This document shows positions 27,617 through 36,663 of a stretch of DNA of 64,000 nucleotides, piece after piece. Under the pieces are notes generated by a model. It did not search any database, was not told where the DNA came from, and saw only the letters and a program-made list of their open reading frames with translations. The stretch is from Acidobacteriota bacterium. Lineage in GTDB: Bacteria > Acidobacteriota > Terriglobia > Terriglobales > Acidobacteriaceae. The stretch's first letter is position 1; each line of letters opens with the position of its first letter. A program made the position numbers and the translations under genes. Location of the stretch: NCBI GenBank assembly GCA_003224905.1, contig QIAA01000051.1:516-64515 (forward strand). The letters run 5' to 3'.

Positions 27617-28015
27617 GAGCAGTATTGGATGCAAATGGGACAGTAAACGACAAGAGATTCTGTCAATGCATGACAACAGCACGTTAGTGTCTGTCCAACC
27701 GCGTCGCGCGAGAATAATCGAGCATGGACCTCCTCGCCAAATCTCCTTCCACTCTTGGAAATAGCCAGTATTTTCGCGGCTTCTGAGTGGCTTCAGAAAT
27801 TAAAGCCGTGAGTACAACCCGAATGTACCGTTTTGAAAGTGACCTCTTGCGGTTCCCGTTGTGGACTTTGGGTACCTAGCTCCAATTACCGAGACGATAC
27901 ACACTGGCCCCGCTGCAACGTAGGCCGTTTTCAGTTATTCGCGTAACCGGACGGGTGAAGGCAGCTGATGTCAAATCCCCCGCCGTATCAGCATCTACGG
28001 CCAAAGAGGTCCTCT

Positions 28016-31000
28016 ATGAGAGATCTCGGTGCTCGCACGAAAGTAGTCCTCATACTTCTCGCAGTCCTGACAATGTTGGGCTGCCAGGCGCTGAACGCCA
28101 GCAAGCCCACGCAAGTCAGCCAATCCAGTCAGTCGAGCCAGACTGCTACGAGTCAAGACTCAGACCTTACTCCCAACATGGCGGTATTGGATTTTGGAAC
28201 CGTTACCGTCGGCGGCACGGAAGTATTGAGTAATACGGTGGTCAATAAGGGTGATTCGTCGATCAGGATCAAGAAAGCAGTACTTCGCAGATCGGAGTTC
28301 ACGATAGCAGGCGAGAAACTGCCTACGACGCTGGCGCCGGGTGAAAGTACATCGCTAGAAATTGCGTACAGTCCCCGCACGCATGGAAGCTCACAGGATA
28401 CGGTCACGCTTACAACCGACACCTCAAGCTTGTCCACATCATTCTCAGTGCGCGGACAATCCACGTCGCCTGGGCAACTGACCGTAAACCCAAGCAGCGT
28501 GACGTTTGGCATGGTGGCAGTGGGAAGCAGCCTGAGCAAGACAGCCACGCTATCAAATGTCGGGGGATCAGATCTCATAGTTAATCAGGTTAGTGCCAGC
28601 GACCTTAACTTTAGTGTGAGCGGAATTTCGGTTCCGCTGACCCTGGCGCCGGGCCAAAGTGTGGCCGTGGCGGTGACCTTCGCGCCAACGTCGAGCGGAG
28701 CTGATAGCGGTTCGGTTTCTATCATTGCGACGGTTTCAACTTCGGGCGGTGGCCACAAGGGCAAAGGTGGACACAGCTTGACGGCCGCTGCCAGCACATC
28801 GACGACGGCTACAGTCGCAGTCTCTGGCACGGGAGTCATGACGGGACAATTAGCCGCTGCGCCGGCCAGCATTGATTTCGGAAAGGTGCAGATCAACAGC
28901 AGCCCGCAGGTGGTGACCGGGACTTTGACCAACTCAGGCGGGACCAGCGTTAATATCAATACGGCGACGATTACCGGAGCCGGGTTTACGCTGAGCGGAT
29001 TGAGTTCGTCGCTCGCGCTTGCTCCGGGTGGAAGCGTTAGCTTCAGCGTAAGCTTTGCTCCTCAGACTTCCGGAGCGGTGTCGGGCAACATTGCCGTAAG
29101 TAGTGATGCTGCTAATTCCTCACTCAACGTGCCTCTTGCAGGTACAGGAGTCACGCCGGGGTCGGTGGTTTCAAGCCCTTCCAGTCTCGGGTTTGGGACC
29201 GTGCAGGTTAACACTAGTAAGACCCTCTCAGCCACGGTTACAAATTCAGGAGGAACGTCGGTCACAATCAGCCAGGCCACGGCGACAGGTACTGGATATG
29301 GTCTCGGAAATTTCAGCGTGCCGCTGACATTGTCGGCAGGACAGAGCAAGACGTTCAGCGTAACGTTTGCGCCTCAGTCGAGCGGATCGGCGAGCGGAAG
29401 CGTTTCAATTATCAGTGATGCTTCCGACCCCACGATGAATGTGCCGCTGTCCGGTACCGGCGCAACCCCAGGAACTCTTGGAGCAAACCCGGGATCTTTG
29501 AGTTTCGGGAACGTGCAGGTCGGCAGTTCGCAAACTTTGCAGGAAACCGTAAGCAACTCTGGGGGCTCAAGTGTGACCATCACTCAGGCGAACGTGCCGA
29601 GTGGGTTCACGGTTACCGGGCTTACACTGCCCGCGACAGTCGGCGCTGGGCAAAGTACAAGCTTTAGCGTGAAGTTCAGTCCGCAAGCTGGAGGGCCGGC
29701 AAGCGGAAATCTTTCCATCATCAGCGACGCGTCGAACCCGACGCTTGGCGTGTCCCTCTCAGGAGCTGGTACGACACCTGGTTCGCTTGCCGCAAGTCCG
29801 GCAAGTTTAAGCTTCGGGAACGTGCAGGCCGGCAATTCGCAAACTCTGCAGGAAACCGTAACCAACTCCGGTGGTTTAAGTGTGACCATCACTCAGGCGA
29901 ACGCGCCGAGTGGGTTCACGGTCACGGGGCTTACCCTACCGGCGACAGTGGGAGCTGGACAAAGTACGAGTTTCAGCGTGAAGTTCAGTCCGCAATCTGG
30001 AGGGCCGGCAAGCGGAAATCTCTCTATAATCAGCGACGCTTCGAACCCGACGCTTAGCGTGCCCCTCTCCGGATCAGGCACGACGCCAGGTTCGCTTGCC
30101 CCAAGTCCGGCAAGTCTGAGTTTCGGAAGTGTGCAGGTTGGCGATACGAAGAGCCTGCAAGAAACTCTAACCAATTCCGGCGGGTCAACCGTCAGTGTCA
30201 CACAGGCTAACTCCACGAACGCTGCTTTCGTCGTGAGCGGCCTAACTTTGCCGCTGACACTGGGGGCGGGGCAGAGCGCGAGTTTCAATGTCAGCTTTAA
30301 TCCGCAATCTGGCGGGCCGGCGAGCGGAAAGGTATCGGTCCTCAGCGACGCGTCGAATTCCACACTGGACATCTCTCTTTCAGGAACCGGAACCACGCCC
30401 GGGGTGCTAGGTGTGACGTCGTCTTCTCTCAGCTTTGGCAGCGTGGCGATTAACAGCACTGGGAGTAAAACGGAAAGCCTGACCAACTCGGGCGGTACGG
30501 CTGTGAAAGTCAGTCAGGCGAATGTCACTGGCACGGGCTTCAGCATAACTGGGCTAGCTTTGCCTCTGACCCTAAATCCAGGACAGAGCTTTACCTTCGG
30601 AGTGAACTTTGCACCTACATCAGCCGGCAGTGTCAGCGGGAGTATCGGATTTGTGTCGGATGCTTCGAATCCGAATTTAAGTGTGACACTTTCAGGCACG
30701 GGAGCGAGTGTGGGTCAGTTGACAGTTTCGCCTGCGACTCTGAGTTTCGGCAGCGTCATCGTGGGCCAGAATAAGACTATGAGCGCCACATTGAGTGCGA
30801 CCGGCGCCAACGTAACAATCTCCTCTGCCGGGTTTAACACTTCGGAATTCACTCTCAGCGGAGTCTCATTCCCACTGACGGTCACGGTCGGACAGAGCGC
30901 GACTGTGAGCGTGGTATTCACGCCGCAGGCGAGCGGCACGGCATCGGACAGCGTTTCGTTCGCCAGTAATGCATCCAACTCACCGGCTGTCGAAGCCTTG

Positions 31001-31270
31001 AGCGGCAGCGGCACACCGCCGCCGCAGCACAATGTGAATCTCTTATGGAGCGCGAGCAGTTCCAGCGTGGTGGGCTACAACGTGTACCGTGGCTCGAAAT
31101 CGGGAGGCCCCTACAGCAAGATCAACTCCGTGCTTGATGCGAGTACCTCTTATACCGACAGCTCTGTGCAGGCAGGCACAACTTACTTCTATGTGAGCAC
31201 AGCGGTCGATGGAAATGGCATGGAGAGCGGCTTCTCAAACCAGGTGCAAGCGGCAATTCCCACACCATAA
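28016..31270 (+). CDS. Paralog 1: secreted lipoprotein with nine ~100-aa Ig-like (choice-of-anchor-D / ASH-like) repeats and a C-terminal FN3 domain
   Basis: AAGAGG sits before the ATG at 28016. Lipobox TMLGC. Repeat consensus G.L...P.SL.FG.V.VG.S....TLTNSGG..V.I......G.GF...GL.LP.TL..GQS..F.V.F.P...G..SG......DA.N. Tail H.V.L.WSASSSSVVGYNVYRGSKSGGPYSKINS...TYFYV. Confidence 0.85.
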   Translation: MRDLGARTKVVLILLAVLTMLGCQALNASKPTQVSQSSQSSQTATSQDSDLTPNMAVLDFGTVTVGGTEVLSNTVVNKGDSSIRIKKAVLRRSEFTIAGEKLPTTLAPGESTSLEIAYSPRTHGSSQDTVTLTTDTSSLSTSFSVRGQSTSPGQLTVNPSSVTFGMVAVGSSLSKTATLSNVGGSDLIVNQVSASDLNFSVSGISVPLTLAPGQSVAVAVTFAPTSSGADSGSVSIIATVSTSGGGHKGKGGHSLTAAASTSTTATVAVSGTGVMTGQLAAAPASIDFGKVQINSSPQVVTGTLTNSGGTSVNINTATITGAGFTLSGLSSSLALAPGGSVSFSVSFAPQTSGAVSGNIAVSSDAANSSLNVPLAGTGVTPGSVVSSPSSLGFGTVQVNTSKTLSATVTNSGGTSVTISQATATGTGYGLGNFSVPLTLSAGQSKTFSVTFAPQSSGSASGSVSIISDASDPTMNVPLSGTGATPGTLGANPGSLSFGNVQVGSSQTLQETVSNSGGSSVTITQANVPSGFTVTGLTLPATVGAGQSTSFSVKFSPQAGGPASGNLSIISDASNPTLGVSLSGAGTTPGSLAASPASLSFGNVQAGNSQTLQETVTNSGGLSVTITQANAPSGFTVTGLTLPATVGAGQSTSFSVKFSPQSGGPASGNLSIISDASNPTLSVPLSGSGTTPGSLAPSPASLSFGSVQVGDTKSLQETLTNSGGSTVSVTQANSTNAAFVVSGLTLPLTLGAGQSASFNVSFNPQSGGPASGKVSVLSDASNSTLDISLSGTGTTPGVLGVTSSSLSFGSVAINSTGSKTESLTNSGGTAVKVSQANVTGTGFSITGLALPLTLNPGQSFTFGVNFAPTSAGSVSGSIGFVSDASNPNLSVTLSGTGASVGQLTVSPATLSFGSVIVGQNKTMSATLSATGANVTISSAGFNTSEFTLSGVSFPLTVTVGQSATVSVVFTPQASGTASDSVSFASNASNSPAVEALSGSGTPPPQHNVNLLWSASSSSVVGYNVYRGSKSGGPYSKINSVLDASTSYTDSSVQAGTTYFYVSTAVDGNGMESGFSNQVQAAIPTP
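29143..30690 (+). repeat. Five head-to-tail 309-nt coding repeats inside paralog 1
   Basis: Unit boundaries (S/A)G(T/A/S)G.TPG recur at 29143, 29452, 29761, 30070 and 30379. The units at 29581 and 29890 differ at about 12 of the 100 nt I compared by eye. Confidence 0.85.
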
Positions 31271-31293
31271 CGAGAACGTGAGGATCGCAGACG

Positions 31294-31320
31294 GGCCCGG
31301 AAACTCCGGGCCTATTTTTT
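31294..31320 (+). terminator. Rho-independent terminator after paralog 1
   Basis: GGCCCGG AAACT CCGGGCC followed by TATTTTTT. Confidence 0.8.
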
Positions 31321-31454
31321 GGCTAAGACCGCTCCATGCGGTGTTCCTTTTAGGAACAATCCCAGAAAACGGGAACTATCTGTGACACGAAAGTGTCAGG
31401 CTGGACCAGGGATATCTTCTCGCCTGATTCAGAGCCTAGAAGACTGTGGGTGCT

Positions 31455-33051
31455 ATGCGTACACCTCGTCGCACCCTCAACTCCGTCGTTCTTCTCTGCG
31501 CAACTTCAATGATGATTCTGTCGGTTGCCGCCCCGAAGTCTGCGATGGCTGCCACTGCGGGATTGGAGTGCAAACCAAGCAATCTCTGGTTCAAACAGGT
31601 CACGGTTGGCACGGAGAAAAACTTCAACGCGAGCGTCACGAACATTGGATCGAGCAACATCACAGTTTCTCAGGTGAGGGTGCAGGGCGCGGGTTTCCGC
31701 GTGGGTGCCGCGAACCTGCCCTGGACTCTGGCTCCGGGGCAGAAAGTGTGGTTTCAAGTCAGTTTCGCACCGCAGACGGCTGGTCATGTCGACGGGACAA
31801 TCGGATTCACCAGCTCAGCCAGCACTTCGGAGCAGTACCTGTTGAATGTTCATGGAACGGCTGTTGCTGGCAATGTGCTTAACCCCTATCCGGTAGGCAT
31901 CAGCTTCGGGAACGTGTCGGTGGGCACGACGAGCCAGCGAACTGAGGTTTTGACAAATTCCGGCACTTCGAACATCAACATTTCGCAGACGAATGTGGCT
32001 GGTTCGGGATTCAGGGTGAGCGGACTGTCAACACCGTTGACACTGGCCGCCGGGCAGAAAGTCAGCTTCATCGTCTCGTTTATACCCCAACTGACTGGAA
32101 TTACCAGTGGGGCATTATCGGTGATCAGCGATGCCGCCGATTCCACACTGACTGTAGCGCTATCGGCGACCGGGGTTTCTGCCGGCGCATTGACGCCAGC
32201 GGCGGCCAGCATCAGCTACGGCAGCGTCCAGGTCGGAAACAGCATTTCAAGGCCGGCAACGTTAACCAATAGTGGCACTTCGGATGTGACGATTTCGCAA
32301 GCCAGCGTTTCCGGCGCGGGCTTCAGCATCAGCGTTGGTTCCACCGGTCACACTGACGCCCGGGCAGAGCTACACGTTCCAAACGGCATTTGCTCCGAAC
32401 GCGGCGGGCAGTGTGAATGGCGCAATTACCGTGGCATCGAATGCGTCAAATACGACAGTCGATATTTCACTATCGGGCACAGCGACCGCAAGCGGCCTTT
32501 TGACGCTCAGTCCCGCGAGCCTAAATTTCGGCAGCGTGGTCGTCGGCCAGAACAAGAGCATGAGCGCGACGCTGGGTGCGTCCGGTTCGAGTGTGACGCT
32601 ATCTTCGGCTACGGCGAGCAGCCCGGAGTTCACCATGGGCGGTCTGTCCTTCCCTTACACGATCGCAGCCGGGCAAAGCGCGCAAGTGAATATCACGTTC
32701 AAACCTCAGAGCAGCGGCTCAGCTTCAGGCAGCGTTTCGTTCAACAGCGATGCATCTACTACGCCAATGACGGAAACTCTGCTGGGAACCGGCACGGCTG
32801 CAGTCCAGCATCATGTTGATCTCTCCTGGAATGCCAGCACGTCAACCGTAACGGGCTACAACGTGTACCGGGGTTCGCAGGCGGGTGGACCGTACAGCAA
32901 AATCAATTCGCTGGCCAACGCGGCAACCAATTACAGCGACAGCAGTGTCCAGGACGGGCAAGTTTATTTTTATGTGACGACGGCTGTCGATTCGACTGGA
33001 TCTGAGAGCCTCAATTCCAATGAAGTATCAGCCTCCGTGCCGAGCCCATAA
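31455..33051 (+). pseudogene. Paralog 2: four Ig-like repeats plus FN3, interrupted by a frameshift near 32334
   Basis: Track ORFs 31446..32819 (frame 0) and 32335..33051 (frame 1) join into one protein of this family. GAGFSIS then continues as LVPPVTLTPGQSYTF only in the +1 frame. This could also be a sequencing error. Confidence 0.6.
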
Positions 33052-33069
33052 CCGAGGTCAGTGACCGCG

Positions 33070-33079
33070 GTTTGCAAAC
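33070..33079. promoter_or_regulatory. Perfect palindrome GTTTGCAAAC, ending 67 nt before the paralog 3 start
   Basis: Read directly. The same 10-mer, preceded by G, recurs at 34171..34180. Confidence 0.4.
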
Positions 33080-33145
33080 TTGTGAGTCTCTAAATGAACT
33101 ATTGAGACCTTCTCTCCTCAGGTCAGAAGTGACAAAACTCGCTGC

Positions 33146-34129
33146 ATGCCCTTCCCCCAAGAAGCGCGAAAGCTGCTGGTGTTCGCAGGCGTGCTGCCGC
33201 TGGTGATTTGTGGAACTCTTAGCGTACCGGCGGCGGCGCGCTCGAGTTCAGCGACAACCCAACAAAAACTGGTGGCGAATCCGGCGAGCATCAGTTTTGG
33301 CAGCGTACAAGTCAGCAGTACCAAGAACTCAGGCGAGACGCTGACTAACGCCTCCAACTCAAAACTGACGGTTTCGCAGGCGACAGTGACTGGAGCGGGG
33401 TTCAGCTTTAGCGGCCTGGCGCTGCCCCTCACGCTTACGCCAGGACAGAGTTTCACTCTGAATGTCAGCTTCACACCAAAGTCAGCCGGCAGTGCCAGCG
33501 GGAGCTTGTCATTCAACTGCAAGCCTTCGAACTTCACGATCACAGTGCCGTTATCAGGGTCAGGAATAAGCGGAGGCCAATTGGGAATCTCTCCCACAAG
33601 CTTGAACTTCGGAAGCGTTGCCTTGGGAAGCAGCAAGAGTATGAGCGCAACGCTAAGTGCCTCGGGAAGCAGTGTCACCATCTCGTCGACGACCGTGAAC
33701 AGTTCCGAGTTCAAGTTAAGCGGGATGTCGTTTCCCTACACCCTTGCAGCCGGGCGGACCGCGGCCGTGACCGTGAGCTTTGTCCCGCAAGTCAGCGGGA
33801 CAGCCTCTGCGAATCTCTCGTTCAACAGTAATGCGACGAGCACAAGTGTAGAAGCGCTGAGCGGCACAGGGACGACATCAACGCAACATCGCGTGTCGCT
33901 GTCATGGAAATCCAGCAGCTCGCTGGTAGTTGGCTACAACATTTACCGCAGCTCGAAATCCGGAGGCCCATTCACTCGGCTGAATTCCGTACTCGATGCA
34001 AGCACAACATACGTCGACAGCTCGGTGCTAAACGGACAGAGCTATTACTACGTGACCACGGACGTGGACAGCAAAGGAATGGAGAGTGGCTTCTCGAACC
34101 AAGTGCAGGTCACGATACCAACTTCGTGA
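33146..34129 (+). CDS. Paralog 3: two Ig-like repeats plus FN3, secreted
   Basis: 327 aa with a signal peptide. It has the same repeat and tail motifs (HRVSLSWKSSSSLVVGYNIYRSSKSGGPF...SYYYV). Confidence 0.8.
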   Translation: MPFPQEARKLLVFAGVLPLVICGTLSVPAAARSSSATTQQKLVANPASISFGSVQVSSTKNSGETLTNASNSKLTVSQATVTGAGFSFSGLALPLTLTPGQSFTLNVSFTPKSAGSASGSLSFNCKPSNFTITVPLSGSGISGGQLGISPTSLNFGSVALGSSKSMSATLSASGSSVTISSTTVNSSEFKLSGMSFPYTLAAGRTAAVTVSFVPQVSGTASANLSFNSNATSTSVEALSGTGTTSTQHRVSLSWKSSSSLVVGYNIYRSSKSGGPFTRLNSVLDASTTYVDSSVLNGQSYYYVTTDVDSKGMESGFSNQVQVTIPTS

Positions 34130-34170
34130 CCTGCACCAATTCATGGTCAAGTTCGTTCCTAGAGAAGCTG

Positions 34171-34180
34171 GTTTGCAAAC
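34171..34180. promoter_or_regulatory. Perfect palindrome GTTTGCAAAC, ending 66 nt before the paralog 4 start
   Basis: Read directly. The spacing to the start codon nearly equals that of the copy at 33070. Confidence 0.4.
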
Positions 34181-34245
34181 CTTCGATTAGCGAATGTCCC
34201 ACTCAGACCTACTCTGGAGCTAAAGGAGCTTCGAAACTGTCCACC

Positions 34246-35502
34246 ATGCGATTTTCCCCCATCGCAACCCGAGGACTACTTGCCTTTTCTGTGGGCCTGC
34301 TGCTTACGCTGGCGGCCGAGCCGGTGTATGCGTCAGCGGAATTGTCGTCCAAACCGCAAGCCTTGTGGTTCGGACTGGTGGAGGTGGGAAAGGCAAAGAC
34401 CTCATCTCTCACGATCGTGAACACGGGTACCACGCGGTTCACGGTTTCGAAGGTGACCAAGAGCGCTTTCCAATTCGTTCCATCAGGGTACAGCCTGCCC
34501 TTCACGTTAGCTGTGGGACAGAGGAAGACGATCAAGGTTGCATTCAAACCTTCGGCGAAGCGGGAGGTAGATGGGACGATAACGTTCTCCGGCACTACGG
34601 CGGGACTGACAGTTCATGTTCATGGCACGGGTGTTACAGGCTACCTCAAAGGGAACCCGAGCAGCATTTCTTTCGGAACCGTTCAGGTGGGGTACCAGAA
34701 GAGTGCCCAGATTACGTTGACGAACAACGTCAGCCATGAGGTGGGGATACATCGATTGTACGTATACGGTACAGGATTCAGCTACAGCGGGCTGAGCGCT
34801 CCGATCTATCTGAGGCCGGGCCAGAGCTACACTTTCACCGCTATCTTCAGGCCGAAGTCGGCGGGGACCATCGGTGGAAAGATCTCGGTTGTATCGAGTG
34901 CACCGAATTGGAATGTCGTTGTTGCACTCTGGGGCACAGGCGGCTCCACCGGCAATCTGAGCCTGGGCGCTTCCACGCTTAATTTTGGCAACGTGAGCGT
35001 CGGCACAAGTAAAAGCGTCGGCGGAAGCCTCGCCGCAAGTGGAAAGAGCGTGACAGTGTCATCTGCCACAACGTCCAGTTCCGAGTTCACTCTAACCGGG
35101 CTTCGGTTCCCGTTTACTATTCCCGCAGGTCAGCACGTTTCATTTTCCGCGAAGTTCACGCCGCAGAGCAGCGGCACTGCTTCCGGAAGGATTTCATTCA
35201 AGAGCAACGCCTCGAATTCGCCCACGATCGAAAATGTCACCGGGAGCGGGATCAGCGCCGGGCAGCACCGTGTGACGCTCTCCTGGAAGGCAAGCGGGTC
35301 ACTTGTGGTGGGGTACAACATTTACCGCAGCGGCACGTCGGGCGGGCCGTACAACAGAATCAATTCTGTCCTGCAGCGGTCCACGTCTTACACGGACGCC
35401 TCGGTTCAAGCGGGAAAAACGTACTATTACGTCACTACTGCGGTTACGTCAGGAGGAAAAGAAAGCGGCTTTTCGAACCAGGTTCGGGCAGTCATTCCCT
35501 GA
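34246..35502 (+). CDS. Paralog 4: three Ig-like repeats plus FN3, secreted
   Basis: I place the start at the ATG at 34246 (MRFSPIATRGLLAFSVGLLLTLAAEPVYA signal). The track ORF start at 33904 overlaps paralog 3 in another frame. Confidence 0.8.
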   Translation: MRFSPIATRGLLAFSVGLLLTLAAEPVYASAELSSKPQALWFGLVEVGKAKTSSLTIVNTGTTRFTVSKVTKSAFQFVPSGYSLPFTLAVGQRKTIKVAFKPSAKREVDGTITFSGTTAGLTVHVHGTGVTGYLKGNPSSISFGTVQVGYQKSAQITLTNNVSHEVGIHRLYVYGTGFSYSGLSAPIYLRPGQSYTFTAIFRPKSAGTIGGKISVVSSAPNWNVVVALWGTGGSTGNLSLGASTLNFGNVSVGTSKSVGGSLAASGKSVTVSSATTSSSEFTLTGLRFPFTIPAGQHVSFSAKFTPQSSGTASGRISFKSNASNSPTIENVTGSGISAGQHRVTLSWKASGSLVVGYNIYRSGTSGGPYNRINSVLQRSTSYTDASVQAGKTYYYVTTAVTSGGKESGFSNQVRAVIP

Positions 35503-35515
35503 TGTGCAACCATGC

Positions 35516-35543
35516 AAAAAGGCGGGACGCCGGTGGTCCCGCC
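35516..35543 (-). terminator. Rho-independent terminator of the PEP-CTERM gene (hairpin shared with the convergent paralog 4)
   Basis: Stems GGCGGGAC and GTCCCGCC enclose a 7-nt loop. On the minus strand the hairpin is followed by TTTTT. Confidence 0.7.
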
Positions 35544-35561
35544 CTGGAATTCATTACTTGA

Positions 35562-36248
35562 CTACGAAGATTTTCGAAGCCGCAGTCCTATGGCACCGAA
35601 AAGAGTGGCGCCGCTCGGAAGTAAGAAGGCTAGCGACGCTGGTTCAGGAACTTCGGTCGGCGGCGTAGCGGTTGTGCCGAACTGGACCACAACGTTACTA
35701 AATTGTGAGTCTGCCGTAACGCCTGGCACGTAGAGCGTGAAGGAAACAGTTCCGACGAGAAAGGGATTGTGAGGGCCATTGTTGTTGATTGAAGAGTTTG
35801 CGTTCGCATACAAACCCCAGCCACTGCCGCCCACTATCGTCATCTCTGGCGCAGTCTGGTTCTGAACCGGTGAAGCGCAGATCACGCACAGGGTCAAGCC
35901 CGAGCCGAAGTTGCTGGCTACCCAGCCGGTGCTCTGAATGCCCTGCAAAAAGCCCAAGTGGCCGTAGATATCGGTCGTTTGTCCCGAGCTTGAAGACAGC
36001 GCAGCCCCGGAGCCGGTGTACCCCGTAACATCGAAGTAAAGGCCGCTAATATTGCTGCCAACGCTGGTCACCTGGGAATTCGAGAGAGTGTTCGTGATGG
36101 TGACGGTGACGTAGTTATTGGAGGTTACGTTCAAAGTGACAAGCGCGTTCTGATACGAGATCGTGTCTGCGTGCACTGGCACAGTTGCCAGCGCGCTGAG
36201 TCCGAGCACTAGGGTTAGAACCTTGGCCACGCCGAAGGACTTTTGCAT
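35562..36248 (-). CDS. PEP-CTERM sorting-domain surface protein
   Basis: C-terminus VPEPASLAFLLPSGATLFGAIGLRLRKSS (PEP, then a TM helix, then a basic tail). N-terminal signal MQKSFGVAKVLTLVLGLSALATVPVHA. An alternative start is at 36266. Confidence 0.8.
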   Translation of the reverse strand: MQKSFGVAKVLTLVLGLSALATVPVHADTISYQNALVTLNVTSNNYVTVTITNTLSNSQVTSVGSNISGLYFDVTGYTGSGAALSSSSGQTTDIYGHLGFLQGIQSTGWVASNFGSGLTLCVICASPVQNQTAPEMTIVGGSGWGLYANANSSINNNGPHNPFLVGTVSFTLYVPGVTADSQFSNVVVQFGTTATPPTEVPEPASLAFLLPSGATLFGAIGLRLRKSS

Positions 36249-36663
36249 TGAGCTTCCGCTCCTCATCGAAAACCTGGGATTTTGTGGAAGTCAACTCGGT
36301 AATCGGAGGGGGCCCGGAGGGATACCAGAGTAACGTACCAGCAATACGTAAGCATCCTGTTTGCCATACTGAGGTCTGAAAATGCAGATCGGAAGAGGGG
36401 CTAAGGTACTTGTTTTGTTAAAAATAAAAACTCTGCCTTGATCCTGAGAAGATGCATCCAAGGTGCCTGCAAATTCCATTGCAGGTTAAGTGCAGCAACT
36501 TGCGCTGTGATAAAGCCTCTTTTCAGGCGCAAATTCAGTTCGTCTACAAACGCCGCTTCGCCTATTACTGAAGTCTTGGGCCCCCAACGCTAGGAGTGCA
36601 TGTCTGTACGTTCTCTAGCGCCTCCGAGACGGGTCTCGGAAAATAAGTCTCAGTTCTTCAACG

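Noticed and set aside
27915-27940. Sigma-54 promoter-like TGGCCCCGCTGCA upstream of paralog 1
   Set aside because: The GG-to-GC spacing is 9 nt, not the 12 nt of the TGGCAC-N5-TTGC consensus.
29143-30690. Regular 309-nt periodicity that could suggest a CRISPR or satellite array
   Set aside because: The period equals one protein domain (103 codons) in a continuous ORF with a conserved amino-acid consensus. There is no short repeat-spacer structure and no cas genes.
31319-31882. 187-aa + strand ORF overlapping the start of paralog 2
   Set aside because: It is in a different frame from the family-conserved frame, starts inside the terminator T-tract, and has no motifs.
33904-34245. N-terminal 114-codon extension of paralog 4 in the ORF track
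   Set aside because: It overlaps the FN3 tail of paralog 3 in another frame and has no signal peptide. The internal ATG at 34246 gives a clean signal peptide and matches the layout of the other paralogs.
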